In this document: piece after piece, positions 30,801 to 39,794 of the stretch
Layout: each line of letters begins with the position of its first letter
How positions within the stretch are numbered: the stretch's first letter is position 1
Origin: an uncultured bacterium
GTDB taxonomy: Bacteria > CAYUVA01
Assembly (NCBI GenBank): GCA_964448115.1
Contig: CAYUVA010000005.1
Span: forward strand, 62,001-116,464
DNA length: 54,464 nt
Direction: 5' to 3'
Notes under the pieces: generated by a model
Database searches by the model: none
What the model was told of the DNA's origin: nothing
What the model saw: the letters and a program-made list of their open reading frames with translations, nothing else
Translations under genes and position numbers: made by a program

Positions 30801-31500
30801 TGTTCCAGACCGGAGGTGATTCATCTCCATTGTCTATTATTTGCCATCCCGGCGGAGGGGACTCGGAGGACCAATCGCCCTCGAAGTCCTCGGTGGGTAA
30901 AAGTTCCACTGTCTCACTGGTCTGGTCGATGGATACATTATCTATGAACCAACCGTCATCTTCACCGACAGGAGCACCGCTCACGAACCTGAAGCGATAC
31001 CAGAGCGTGTAAACACCTGCATACTGGGAGATATCGATCACCGTTTTCTCCCATGAGGTCTGCTCATTGTCCCCAATTCTCTCCAGTAGAGTTTCCCATG
31101 TAGTCCCATCGGTGCTGAACTCAACAAACATATTGTCATTGTCTCCACCATCGCCCGTGTCGTAGTACTCATAAAAGGAGAACTGCAGGGTATCCTCGGT
31201 GCCGTAAGCTGAAAGGTCAATAGGATCTGTATTTCCGAAGCTGTCGTTGTAATATGAGCCGTAATCGTCTCCGGGCAGGGTTGTTGCATCATCGGGTCCG
31301 CACCACATAGCGTAGTTGCCATTGAAGACGAATTCATCTTGCGCCCACCAGTGGCATACTCCGTCGTGGAGGCTAATAAAGACCATCGGATTGCCAGCCT
31401 CCAGGTCATCGCTCCAGAACACCGTGCCAGCAAAGGATTGAGTGGCGATAAAGATCACCGTCATGGCTAACAGAGGAGTTACATAATTTTTCCTCATCAT
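27853..31500 (-). CDS. large acidic secreted protein: repeated beta-sandwich (choice-of-anchor J/InhA-like) domains, PPC-like domain, PT linker and conserved C-terminal domain
   Basis: AAGGAG RBS at 31505-31510; signal peptide; repeated VE[FV]STDG..W..FRF..W.[IV]D[DN]V units; DLDLF..LAAGTYYLVVD; PTDTPTPT tract; LAGYWDT..CPYL. Confidence 0.85.
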   Translation of the reverse strand: MMRKNYVTPLLAMTVIFIATQSFAGTVFWSDDLEAGNPMVFISLHDGVCHWWAQDEFVFNGNYAMWCGPDDATTLPGDDYGSYYNDSFGNTDPIDLSAYGTEDTLQFSFYEYYDTGDGGDNDNMFVEFSTDGTTWETLLERIGDNEQTSWEKTVIDISQYAGVYTLWYRFRFVSGAPVGEDDGWFIDNVSIDQTSETVELLPTEDFEGDWSSESPPPGWQIIDNGDESPPVWNNNDWHKYDTYGAQGNVARVYYSPTENQDEELITPSLDCTGVTNITLQFWHYYNAYFSGDAIVEVSTDGGGTWDEIAHFTDTDDEGVKTYDVSAFADNESDVMFRFHYIAFDEYYWQVDDVWVGSFGGVIENVYFEDFEDTLDLTFDCHDADHFWSYIDDSFPNNDHWDPVLSPSHANYCGDPASDYDDGEGLPATGKGAYVAEEHGYGTLYSAATIAFIGKEMNLPKQGDLIISWANRRLEFSGYYGLWASSDAGLNWEEVWWSPDDTWHGENEAGDWQIDKADISHYANIDEFVLAWVLYVDSSPNAYGYWYLDDLMLSDDIFPPIITADELPSDTPETTEQYVLITVTDDSGLAEDPMVYYRTGGSGAYMPISLAEVPVKTMGTQYEGYIPGQPHGTLVEYYFAAVDIHDNYATLPVGGTAPDKAPPPEVFSYWVLPQEGVDILIVNDDWDTDSADLMDAMAELGGIPYNLVDQDEVDLNLNWMGAYSTIIWGESGLISDDQSNALIQWLSAPTKDGGLRKLMIFGDDIGYYEDGTPLYSQYLKAMYVQDNIGWDFVQGMDNHRLGNSLYFEIDSPYPDEVDTNDPAAEYAFKYRELGPDKGAISSGGAGITYWNDQYASAYLSFPLGDILYWNMFVAVLDNTLNWFEEPWNHYYLDCSNVTLIGCGDTVVTGNTNNGVSDISLYPCAEKFVAGPEQLYSFTIAEPRHITAILDAATDLDLFMLYECDYQACFTSATEPGADTLDIPDLAAGTYYLVVDSDPFSAGDYNLTLLCDVPITPTATPTATETPTPIPPTDTPTPTLTPTPSPDTPTATPTNTQLPPTDTPTPTNTSVPPTDTPTSTPIPPTETPTSTPTPPSDTPTPTVEPTNTPTATPTPLPVLVFLAGYWDTYITSADGGIFNLFVYAGASDFSPAERVEFYLGGMPTGVDVPVLDPALGSFGMFGIPMEPGMDPAVILVEYMAFKGDMSSELCPYLNVGE
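28160..28465 (-). repeat. Pro/Thr-rich linker with PPTDTPTPT units (coding)
   Basis: Repeated PT[DE]TPT[PS]T in translation. Confidence 0.85.
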
Positions 31501-31609
31501 CTTACTCCTTTTTATTGCATCTAATTGTTTCCTCATTCTGTTATAGCAATCATATATCTTGCGCTGAGAAAGTCAAGCCTCGCTCATAGCAAACCTCGAT
31601 ATTTTTGCT

Positions 31610-32026
31610 CTACAGAAAATTTACATAAACAGTCGCCTTTACATCCTCTATTGTTGCTGTAACCATACCTGTTCCTGGATACTGCGGGCTTATCAGCCAG
31701 GTTCTTGCATAACCATCCTCAGTGGTAGCAGTTACCGCGGAGACTCCTGGTTCTGGTTTTCCCCCTGGCGCCCAGGTGCCCAAGGTAGTGGTGAAGACGA
31801 TCTCCTCCCCGTCAACCAGTCCGCCATAGATATCATAGAGCGTGGCGACAATTGTACTCGCGCTTTTGCCATCGGCTGCAAGTACGCTCGGATGCGCCTC
31901 GACATAGATAGTATAACCCGAAGGATTACTTCTTGGAGATACCGGATCATGTGAGGTGCTGCACGAGACCAATAAAATGCCCAAGCATAAAAATTGTATG
32001 ATGTTTATATATTTTTGTGTTGTCAT
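31610..32026 (-). CDS. lipoprotein with Big_1/invasin-like Ig domain
   Basis: Lipobox LVSC; ADGKSASTIVATLYD..G..FTTTLG..TTEDGYA. Confidence 0.8.
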   Translation of the reverse strand: MTTQKYINIIQFLCLGILLVSCSTSHDPVSPRSNPSGYTIYVEAHPSVLAADGKSASTIVATLYDIYGGLVDGEEIVFTTTLGTWAPGGKPEPGVSAVTATTEDGYARTWLISPQYPGTGMVTATIEDVKATVYVNFL

Positions 32027-32326
32027 TATTGAGATCACCTCGTTTATGATTAGCTACATTCAGAAACATACCTTTATTAAAACAAACTTTCAAGCGCAAC
32101 AAGATCTTATTACCGGGTAAGCTTTTCAAACGTAATGATTTCAAGCATAAGCAGTTGTTATTTGGATGGTAAATTGTATTGAGCACCGTGTTTGTGGGAT
32201 CTTCCAAATATGTGAAATTATTGGCGATATTATTAATGATATATACTTATTAATTTATAACATTTATGATTGAATAATTTATTATAATATTAAAATTATA
32301 TAATATAGATAATTGCTTTTAAAAAA

Positions 32327-32342
32327 CGTTCCACATGGAACA
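32327..32342. promoter_or_regulatory. parS-like palindromic site
   Basis: CGTTCCACATGGAACA matches TGTTCCACGTGGAACA at 14 of 16 positions; intergenic. Confidence 0.55.
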
Positions 32343-32631
32343 TTTTGCGAGATTACGGGATCGACGATCTTGGAATGTTGCTTAATTTGTATATTAGAAG
32401 CTGGCAGCATGTTTTTTAAGGGATGGCTCGCTTAAGAGATCTTTGATTTTTTCTTTCCTTGACATAAACTGATGCCTATGTTAATGGATACATCCTTGTA
32501 TCCCATGTAAAATAATGGATGAAAAGAAATATAAGGCGGGAATAGTTAGAATTTCCAATGCAGCAAGTGAGGATTGAAAAAGGGCTTCAAATTAAGCACT
32601 CGCTAAGAATAGTAAGAAAGGATGCGATCAG

Positions 32632-34722
32632 ATGACTATTGACCCTAAAAAAATAAGAAACATCGCCGTGGTGGGACACGGTGGCAGCGGCAAGACCTCC
32701 CTAGTATCCGCAATGCTGTTCAATTCCTCTGCGGTAAATAGGCTGGGCAAAGTGGATGCCGGGACCACTACTACCGACTATACTGACATAGAGATTAAAA
32801 GAAGGATCTCGATCAATAGCGCTTACGCACACTGCCAATGGGAAGGGCTGAAGCACAACCTGCTCGACACCCCGGGCTACGGCGATTTCATACATAATGC
32901 CTTATGCGCCATTAGGGTCGCTGATGCAGCCATCATTACTGTATGTGCAGTATCCGGGGTCGAGGTCTATACTGAAAGGGTTTGGGAGTATGCTGATAAG
33001 TACAATCTCCCTCGCATAGTTTTTATAAATAAACTCGACCGGGAAAGAGCCAACTACGAGCAAGCAATGCAACAACTGCGGGATGTTTTCAAGGCTAATA
33101 TCGTCCCCTTTCAGCTTCCCATAGGACAGGAAGCAAGCTTCCGGGGAGTGGTCGATATCATCTTAGGCAAAGCATACGAGTACGCCAATGATACCTCTGG
33201 TAAGTTCAAGGAGATACCGATACCGGATGAGCTTTCTGATCTATTGGTCGAGTATAAGAATAAGATTACCGAGTCAGTAGCCGAGACCGATGAAACCCTC
33301 ATGGAAAAGTACTTCATGGAAGAACCCCTAACCGAGGAAGAGATCAGCAATGGCTTATATAATGGGGTCCGAAAAGGCGCAATCATCCCGGTTTTCTTTG
33401 GTAGCGCGCTGCAGAACATCGGCATCCAGCAACTGATGAATGCTGCCGGCGCTTACTTCCCATCTCCATTGGAAAAAAGCAGCCTCAGCGCAAAAAACCC
33501 ATCAGGAGAGGAGAAGCAGCTCAAAGCTGCCCTTGATTCTCCATTTTCTGCCCTGGTGTTCGCCACCCTTTCGGATCCTTATGCTGGCAGGCAGTCGATT
33601 TTCCGCGTATTCTGCGGGGTGCTAAACTCTGATTCAACGACCTTCAATTCGAGCAAAGGCTGCAAGGAAAGGATCGGACAGCTCGGCTACCTCATGGGCA
33701 AGGATGTCATCAGCACCTCTCAGGCGGTTACTGGCGATATAGTCTGCGTGGCAAAGCTAAAGGAAACTGCCACCGGAGACACGCTCTGCGATGAGAATAA
33801 CCCGATCGTCTATGATTTCGTGGACATGCCGGAGCCTTTGATGCAATATGCTATCGAGCCTAAGTCCAAGGGGGACGAGGAGAAGATCAGCAATGCGCTA
33901 GCACGCATCGGTGAGGAGGATATGGCGATCAAGTTCTATCGCGCACAGGAGACCGGGGAGCTTATCATCGCTGGCATGGGGCAACTGCACATAGAGGTCG
34001 CGGTGGAGAAGATGAAGAATCGCTATGGATTGGAGGTTACCCTGAAGCCACCTCAAGTGGCTTACAAAGAGACGATCAGGAAACCTGCTAAGGCACAAGG
34101 TCGCTACAAGAAGCAGACCGGGGGGCGCGGACAATTCGGCGATTGCCACCTTGAGCTTAGCCCGCTGCCCAGGGGGGCAGGCTTCGAGTTCGTGGATACC
34201 ATATTCGGTGGAGCCATTCCGAAGCAGTACATTCCTGCCGTGGAAAAAGGAGTACTCGGAGCCATGGAAAAGGGTCCCCTGGCTGGATTCCCGGTGGTCG
34301 ATATCAAGGTTAACTGCTATGATGGCTCCTACCACGAGGTTGACAGCTCCGAGATGGCATTCAAGATCGCCGGATCCATGGGCTTTAAAAAGGGCTTCGA
34401 GCAGGCTGATCCCTTCATCCTGGAGCCGATAATGAATGTAACCGTAACCGTTCCTGAGGATATGATGGGTGATATCATCGGTGATATCAACTCGCGGCGG
34501 GGAAGGATTATGGGGATGGAGCCAAAAGGCTCCATGCAGGTTATCAAGGCACAGGTGCCCCAGGCGGAGATGTTAAAATACGAGCCAGATCTACGCTCCA
34601 TGACCGGCGGCAGAGGCTCTTTTACCATCAGCTTCAGCCACTACGAGGAGCTTCCCTCCCATCTTGCTGAGAAGCTAATTGCTGAAAGACGCAAACTGTT
34701 ACAGAGCGAGGAAGAAAGATAA
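32632..34722 (+). CDS. fusA: elongation factor G paralogue (EF-G2-like, outside the str operon)
   Basis: RNIAVVGHGGSGKT, DTPGYGDF, NKLD, GMGQLHIE, KKQTGGRGQFG, DGSYHEVDSSEMAF, LRSMTGGRG. Confidence 0.92.
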   Translation: MTIDPKKIRNIAVVGHGGSGKTSLVSAMLFNSSAVNRLGKVDAGTTTTDYTDIEIKRRISINSAYAHCQWEGLKHNLLDTPGYGDFIHNALCAIRVADAAIITVCAVSGVEVYTERVWEYADKYNLPRIVFINKLDRERANYEQAMQQLRDVFKANIVPFQLPIGQEASFRGVVDIILGKAYEYANDTSGKFKEIPIPDELSDLLVEYKNKITESVAETDETLMEKYFMEEPLTEEEISNGLYNGVRKGAIIPVFFGSALQNIGIQQLMNAAGAYFPSPLEKSSLSAKNPSGEEKQLKAALDSPFSALVFATLSDPYAGRQSIFRVFCGVLNSDSTTFNSSKGCKERIGQLGYLMGKDVISTSQAVTGDIVCVAKLKETATGDTLCDENNPIVYDFVDMPEPLMQYAIEPKSKGDEEKISNALARIGEEDMAIKFYRAQETGELIIAGMGQLHIEVAVEKMKNRYGLEVTLKPPQVAYKETIRKPAKAQGRYKKQTGGRGQFGDCHLELSPLPRGAGFEFVDTIFGGAIPKQYIPAVEKGVLGAMEKGPLAGFPVVDIKVNCYDGSYHEVDSSEMAFKIAGSMGFKKGFEQADPFILEPIMNVTVTVPEDMMGDIIGDINSRRGRIMGMEPKGSMQVIKAQVPQAEMLKYEPDLRSMTGGRGSFTISFSHYEELPSHLAEKLIAERRKLLQSEEER

Positions 34723-34768
34723 TCAAGCCGGCGGTTGCTTTTGATAAAATCTGGGGCAGTCGGCTTGA
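34723..34768 (+). terminator. hairpin downstream of fusA
   Basis: TCAAGCCG / CGGCTTGA inverted repeat; no strong U tract. Confidence 0.35.
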
Positions 34769-34814
34769 ACTGTTGAGCTATTTTGATAAGTTATTCATTA
34801 GAGCACAGCAGATC

Positions 34815-34903
34815 GGAGAGATGTCCGAGCTGGCCGAAGGAGCACGATTGGAAATCGTGTAGGCGACAAAATCGCCTCGAGGGTTCGAATCCCTCTCTCT
34901 CCG
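34815..34903 (+). tRNA. tRNA-Ser(GGA)
   Basis: GGAGAGA/TCTCTCC acceptor stem, CACGA-TTGGAAA-TCGTG anticodon arm, long variable arm, GGTTCGAATCC T arm; CCA not encoded. Confidence 0.96.
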
Positions 34904-34922
34904 CTTGTTCTTTTATAAGATA

Positions 34923-35197
34923 GAGCCGCACTAGGTGGGGGGCTAGCGGTCCCCTGTAGCCCGAAATCCGCTCATGCGGGACCGAATACCTGTCAGCGGG
35001 GATGTCAGCCTTGTTGGTCTGACCATATACGGGCGGTGTTGATCCTTGGGTCCTATGCAACGAGCCGTTGCGAACCAGGTCAGGACCGGAAGGTAGCAGC
35101 CTTAAGCAATATACCTCGTGTGTTATAGGGGCGCCTGAGGGGAGCAAGCTATATATGGTAACGCTTCGAGGCGATCCTCAATGCCAGGGTGCGGCTT
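34923..35197 (+). ncRNA. ffs: signal recognition particle RNA, large (Alu-domain-containing) bacterial type
   Basis: Helix-8 motif CCAGGTCAGGACCGGAAGGTAGCAGC; 5' GAGCCGCAC pairs with 3' GTGCGGCTT; about 275 nt. Confidence 0.92.
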
Positions 35198-35242
35198 TGA
35201 TAGAATCAAAAGCGAAGACATACAACAAAGGAGAAGGTTTAG

Positions 35243-36439
35243 ATGAGTATCAGATTGCAGGATATCGTCATAGTAGATGCAGTGCGAACCGCGATAGGTA
35301 CATTCCCTAACGGCTCTTTGACCAGCATCCCTGCCGATGAGCTAGCTGCCATAACTATCAAGGGATTACTCCAAAGAACAGGTGTTGATAAGGATCTTAT
35401 CGATAATGTTAATATGGGCTGCGTGGTGCAGGCGAATCACCCGTTGAACATCGCCCGCGTGGCTCTGCTCAAAGCGGGACTCGATGTATCCAAGCCCGGC
35501 TTCACGATCAACACAGCCTGCTCATCGGGCATGGTCGCCATTCAGTATGCTGCCAACCAGATCATGCTCGGTGATGCTGAGATAGTCATCGCCGGGGGCA
35601 CGGAGAATATGACCTCGTTACCCTATCTTCTTCCCCGCTCTTTTCCCAAGATGGGAAATCTGACGCTGCACGACATGATACCCGGCAGCCTGCAGTGCCC
35701 GATCAACCACTACCACATGGGAGGAACCGCTGGTAATATCGCTAAAAAGTATGGCATCGGGCGCGCTGAGCAGGACGAGTTCGCCTATAACAGCCATCGC
35801 AAGGCTAGAACTGCCATCAAGGAAGGCAAGTTTGCCGATGAGATAGTGCCGGTCGAGATACCGCAACGAAGGGGAGATCCAATAGTCTTCGATACCGATG
35901 AGCACCCGAGAGACACCTCGCTGGAGATCATGGCAAAGCTCAGACCAGCCTTCCCCGAAGACAAGACCCAGACCATTACTGCTGGTAACGCAAGCGGAAT
36001 CAACGATGGCGCTTCAGCCCTGCTGCTTATGACCGAGACAAAGGCAAAGGAGCTTGGCTTGAAGCCGATGGCGAGGCTGATCTCCTACGGCAACGCTGGA
36101 GTCGATCCTGCCTTTATGGGCATGGGTCCTGCTGCATCATCGCCGATAGCCCTTGAAAAGGCAGGTATGAGCATCGATGATATCGATGTCTTTGAGCTGA
36201 ACGAGGCATTCGCCGCCCAGGCGCTGGGAGTTCTCAAGGAATTCGCCATGCCAATGGAGAAGCTGAACAAGCGGGGTGGAGCCATCGCCCTGGGGCATCC
36301 GGTCGGCTGCTCTGGCGCAAGGATCGTAGTAACCCTGCTCTATATCATGCGCGATGAGAAAGCCAAGTACGGCTTGGCAACGCTCTGCGTCGGTGGCGGC
36401 ATGGGTGGCACCATGATCGTGGAGAACCTACTCGGGTGA
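35243..36439 (+). CDS. acetyl-CoA C-acetyltransferase (thiolase)
   Basis: [28 protein letters not shown]. Confidence 0.95.
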   Translation: MSIRLQDIVIVDAVRTAIGTFPNGSLTSIPADELAAITIKGLLQRTGVDKDLIDNVNMGCVVQANHPLNIARVALLKAGLDVSKPGFTINTACSSGMVAIQYAANQIMLGDAEIVIAGGTENMTSLPYLLPRSFPKMGNLTLHDMIPGSLQCPINHYHMGGTAGNIAKKYGIGRAEQDEFAYNSHRKARTAIKEGKFADEIVPVEIPQRRGDPIVFDTDEHPRDTSLEIMAKLRPAFPEDKTQTITAGNASGINDGASALLLMTETKAKELGLKPMARLISYGNAGVDPAFMGMGPAASSPIALEKAGMSIDDIDVFELNEAFAAQALGVLKEFAMPMEKLNKRGGAIALGHPVGCSGARIVVTLLYIMRDEKAKYGLATLCVGGGMGGTMIVENLLG

Positions 36440-36440
36440 T

Positions 36441-36683
36441 ATGAGAAAACAAGAACCGGAGAAAGATAATCAAGACGACAAGTCCAAGAGTGAATGGGCT
36501 AGGGTTTGGCAACTGGCTAGTCTCGGCTGGGTGATAGTGATCTCCATCCTGGTCGGTTTAGTTATTGGCCTTGTACTTGACGAATTCTTTCATACTAAGC
36601 CGATTATGATGATCGCCTGTGTCTTCATGGGAGCGATCTCCGGTTTTATCACCTTCTTTCGCGAGGTCAATAAGTTGCGTTAG
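36441..36683 (+). CDS. AtpZ/AtpI family protein
   Basis: Two TM helices, G..IG..LD..F.T.P pattern; first gene of the F0 block. Confidence 0.82.
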   Translation: MRKQEPEKDNQDDKSKSEWARVWQLASLGWVIVISILVGLVIGLVLDEFFHTKPIMMIACVFMGAISGFITFFREVNKLR

Positions 36684-37067
36684 ATGGTCGCCTCAGATTC
36701 AACCTTGGAGCCTATATACTTCCTAAAAAGGTGGTCTATAATACTTGCTTTGGTAGGGACTGCCATAAGTATCTTGTTTTGGGAGCCGCGTATTATCCTC
36801 GGATTCCTTATCGGTGCCCTGATCGCAGTAGGAAACCTGTATATCATCGAGGGTATTATCATCAGGGCATTTGGATCGGATAAAAAGAAAAAGACCAGGT
36901 ATTTCCTGTTGACATCCTCGAAATATTTGGTAATAATAGCGACCTTGATAATCGGCATCGAGGTTCTCGATGTCAACCTGGTGGCTCTGTTAGCAGGGCT
37001 GACGGTCTTTGTAGGATCTATACTGCTTTTAACCATACGGTTGATAATAGCTGCGCTAAAAGTCTGA
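36684..37067 (+). CDS. atpI: ATP synthase subunit I-like membrane protein
   Basis: Four TM helices, located directly upstream of atpB. Confidence 0.7.
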   Translation: MVASDSTLEPIYFLKRWSIILALVGTAISILFWEPRIILGFLIGALIAVGNLYIIEGIIIRAFGSDKKKKTRYFLLTSSKYLVIIATLIIGIEVLDVNLVALLAGLTVFVGSILLLTIRLIIAALKV

Positions 37068-37081
37068 AAGGTGGGCACAAG

Positions 37082-37831
37082 TTGGCACTGGAACATACGC
37101 TTTGGTACACGGAAGCATTAAACAAGGCTGTTGGAGGGTCGGTTCACAAGCTGCTATCTAGCGCGGGCATCCCACACCGTGCTGATCTGCCGATACCCGA
37201 CCATGTTACTACTGGATGGATAGTATTGGTGGCATGTGGGATCATCTTCTACCTGTTCTCAAAGAAGGTCGATAAGGTACCCACTGGTTTCCAGCACTTT
37301 CAGGAGCTGACCATAAAGTTCTTCCAATCGCTGCTCAATATGACCGTGGGGCATAAGGGGCAGAAGTTCCTCAATTTCGTGCTGCCGTTAGGGTTGTTCA
37401 TCTTTATATGCAACCTGCTTGGATTAGTACCTGGCTTCATGTCGCCGACCAGTAACATCAACAACAACCTAGCCTTGGCTCTCTGTGCCTTTATCTACTA
37501 TCATTACCAGGGCATCAGGGAGAAGGGGGTTTTAAGATACCTTGAATCCTTCATGGGTCCCAGGCTCCCTGGATATCTGTTTCCTATCAGGCTATTCATG
37601 CTGGTTATCGAGCCGATCTCGCACTTTGCCCGTCCGCTTAGCCTTACCGTCCGTCTTTTTGGCAATATCATGGGGCACGATATCGTGATCCTGATCCTGT
37701 TTATGCTGGTTCCGATGTTCGTGCCGGTGCCGATGATGCTGATGGGCATCTTCACCAGTTTCATGCAGGCGTTTATATTTGTCGTGCTTACCATGATATA
37801 TCTAACTGGCGCGGTATCCGAGGAACACTAG
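37082..37831 (+). CDS. atpB: F0F1 ATP synthase subunit a
   Basis: NLLGLVPG..SPT, RPLSLTVRLFGN, QAFIFVVLT. Confidence 0.96.
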   Translation: MALEHTLWYTEALNKAVGGSVHKLLSSAGIPHRADLPIPDHVTTGWIVLVACGIIFYLFSKKVDKVPTGFQHFQELTIKFFQSLLNMTVGHKGQKFLNFVLPLGLFIFICNLLGLVPGFMSPTSNINNNLALALCAFIYYHYQGIREKGVLRYLESFMGPRLPGYLFPIRLFMLVIEPISHFARPLSLTVRLFGNIMGHDIVILILFMLVPMFVPVPMMLMGIFTSFMQAFIFVVLTMIYLTGAVSEEH

Positions 37832-37886
37832 TAGAACTAGAGAGTTGTTAAGTTTGTAAATAGATGTCAAAAAAGGAGTTTGAAAG

Positions 37887-38249
37887 TTGAAAAAGGTATT
37901 CTACACATCACTGCTAGCTACAGTCATCTGTCTAGCGTTAATGCCAGTTGCTGTTTTCGCTCAAGAGGGTTCGTTGAGCATTGCAAAGGTCGATTACTAT
38001 AGCTGGGCAACCATAATCGGCGGTATCGCCATGGCTATTGCCAGCTCTTTCGCTGCCCTGGGGCAGGGACTAGCCATATCCAAGGCTGTTGAGGGCATAT
38101 CCAGGCAGCCGAGCGCATCCGGTCAGATCCAGATGAACCTGATCATCGGCTTGGCGCTCATCGAGTCCCTGGCTATCTACACCTTCGTTATCTGCCTGAT
38201 CATCTTCTTCGCAAAGCCCTTTACGCCTATCATCGACGCTATTCACTAG
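37887..38249 (+). CDS. atpE: F0F1 ATP synthase subunit c with signal-like N-terminal extension
   Basis: LGQG..EGISRQP..LALIESLAIY; AAGGAG RBS; TTG start. Confidence 0.95.
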   Translation: MKKVFYTSLLATVICLALMPVAVFAQEGSLSIAKVDYYSWATIIGGIAMAIASSFAALGQGLAISKAVEGISRQPSASGQIQMNLIIGLALIESLAIYTFVICLIIFFAKPFTPIIDAIH

Positions 38250-38313
38250 GGTCGAGATACGGATATACCTACAGGGCAAAAGAAGATCAGTACGATCAGG
38301 TTAGCAAGATTAA

Positions 38314-38349
38314 AATAGGGAGCTTCTGGCAATTTTGAAGCTCCCTATT
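38314..38349 (+). terminator. terminator hairpin after atpE
   Basis: 13-bp perfect inverted repeat AATAGGGAGCTTC / GAAGCTCCCTATT. Confidence 0.7.
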
Positions 38350-38401
38350 GTTATCTCAAGCAGTTTTTTACAGATATCCATCGATCCAACCAGCATTATT
38401 C

Positions 38402-39670
38402 ATGGGATTTAGCAAGATATTAACCTTGGCGGTCTTTTTCATCGCCTATTACCTATTCATCACTAAACCAAAGATTCGCTGGGCGGTTGCACTGTCAGCT
38501 ATAACTTTACTTGTTTTATCCCCCCTCATCGATTTTCTCGATGCGATCAAGCTGATAAACTGGAATGTAATCGGCATTTTTTGGGGTACCCTCGTATTAG
38601 CTGAGCTTTTCATGCGCTCCAACATGCCATCATACCTAGCCGAGTGGCTGGTGCGAAAGGCTCCCCGCGCCTGGATGGCTATGCTCGGGATATGCCTATT
38701 GACTGGATTTTTATCTATATTCATCGAGAATGTCGCCACTGTTTTATTGATGGCGCCTATTGCCTTCTCCATCGCGGAGAAGCTCAAGATCTCTCCAACT
38801 GTCCTATTTATATCAATTGCAATCTCCTCCAACCTTCAGGGGGCTGCCACCCTGATCGGAGACCCGCCATCGATGATCCTGGCCGGGTACATGAGGATGG
38901 GCTTCAATGACTTTTTCATCTATCATGGAAGGCTAAGCATGTTCTTCTTCGTGCAATTGGGAGCAATAACCTCCGCATTCGTGCTCTACTGGTTCTTTCG
39001 CCGTTATCGGGCGAGCATTTCACTGCCACCAACCGAGGAGATCCGCTCCATGGCTCCAACATACATGATGATAATGCTGATAATATCGCTAGCTATTGCC
39101 AGTTTCCTCGATCCCGGCTTCGGTTACCTGGCGGGCATAGTCTGCGTTGTTTGGGCTATTATAGGCATTGCCTGGCATCATTTTAGCGGGCAAAGCGTAG
39201 GCAATCTGCTCAAGGTGCTCGATTGGAATACAACAATATTCCTCATGGGCGTATTCGTTATTGTAGGAGCGCTCGCAGAGGCTGGTTGGTTGGCTATATT
39301 CGCTAATTGGATGGGAGAGTTATCGGGAGCTTCGGTTCCCTTTGCATTCATCCTGATACTGGTAATCTCCATGCTCGTTTCCGGATTCGTTGACAATGTG
39401 CCTTACCTGGTTGCAATGATCCCAGTGGTACAGAACATGGTCGATATGTATGGCTTGCCCCTGGAGCTTATGGTGTTCGGTCTGCTCATTGGAGCAAGTC
39501 TTGGCGGTAATATAACCCCTATCGGAGCCTCTGCCAACATTATAGCCATGGGCTATCTAAGGCAGAGAAAATACGATGTAGGCTTCTTACGGTTCGTGCG
39601 CATCGGATTGCCTTACACTCTTGTAGCCACTGGCAGCGCGGCTGCGTTCCTTTGGATTATCTGGAGATAA
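38402..39670 (+). CDS. ArsB/NhaD/SLC13-type (ion-transporter superfamily) permease
   Basis: SIFIENVATV, SNLQGAATLIGDPP, SGFVDNVP, LGGNITPIGASAN. Confidence 0.88.
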   Translation: MGFSKILTLAVFFIAYYLFITKPKIRWAVALSAITLLVLSPLIDFLDAIKLINWNVIGIFWGTLVLAELFMRSNMPSYLAEWLVRKAPRAWMAMLGICLLTGFLSIFIENVATVLLMAPIAFSIAEKLKISPTVLFISIAISSNLQGAATLIGDPPSMILAGYMRMGFNDFFIYHGRLSMFFFVQLGAITSAFVLYWFFRRYRASISLPPTEEIRSMAPTYMMIMLIISLAIASFLDPGFGYLAGIVCVVWAIIGIAWHHFSGQSVGNLLKVLDWNTTIFLMGVFVIVGALAEAGWLAIFANWMGELSGASVPFAFILILVISMLVSGFVDNVPYLVAMIPVVQNMVDMYGLPLELMVFGLLIGASLGGNITPIGASANIIAMGYLRQRKYDVGFLRFVRIGLPYTLVATGSAAAFLWIIWR

Positions 39671-39682
39671 AAGATGGGTCTT

Positions 39683-39714
39683 AGGCGTATGTCAAACTAG
39701 TTTGACATACGCCT
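39683..39714. repeat. perfect 32-bp palindrome between convergent genes
   Basis: AGGCGTATGTCAAACT-AGTTTGACATACGCCT is its own reverse complement. Confidence 0.9.
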
Positions 39715-39794
39715 TCATCAGCGCGCAAGCGGTAACTAGGATGATAGAAAACACGATGGCTCCTATTTTGGTTACATCAGCCAATAACTTTTAA

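Noticed and set aside
32040-32630. Replication origin (oriC)
   Set aside because: AT-rich, but no TTATCCACA-type DnaA boxes were seen and dnaA is not adjacent.
34815-34922. tRNA-Ser as an integration site
   Set aside because: No integrase and no duplicated tRNA 3' end were seen in the window.
34791-35310. ORFs 34791-35147(-) and 35068-35310(+)
   Set aside because: They overlap tRNA-Ser and the SRP RNA; these are shadow ORFs.
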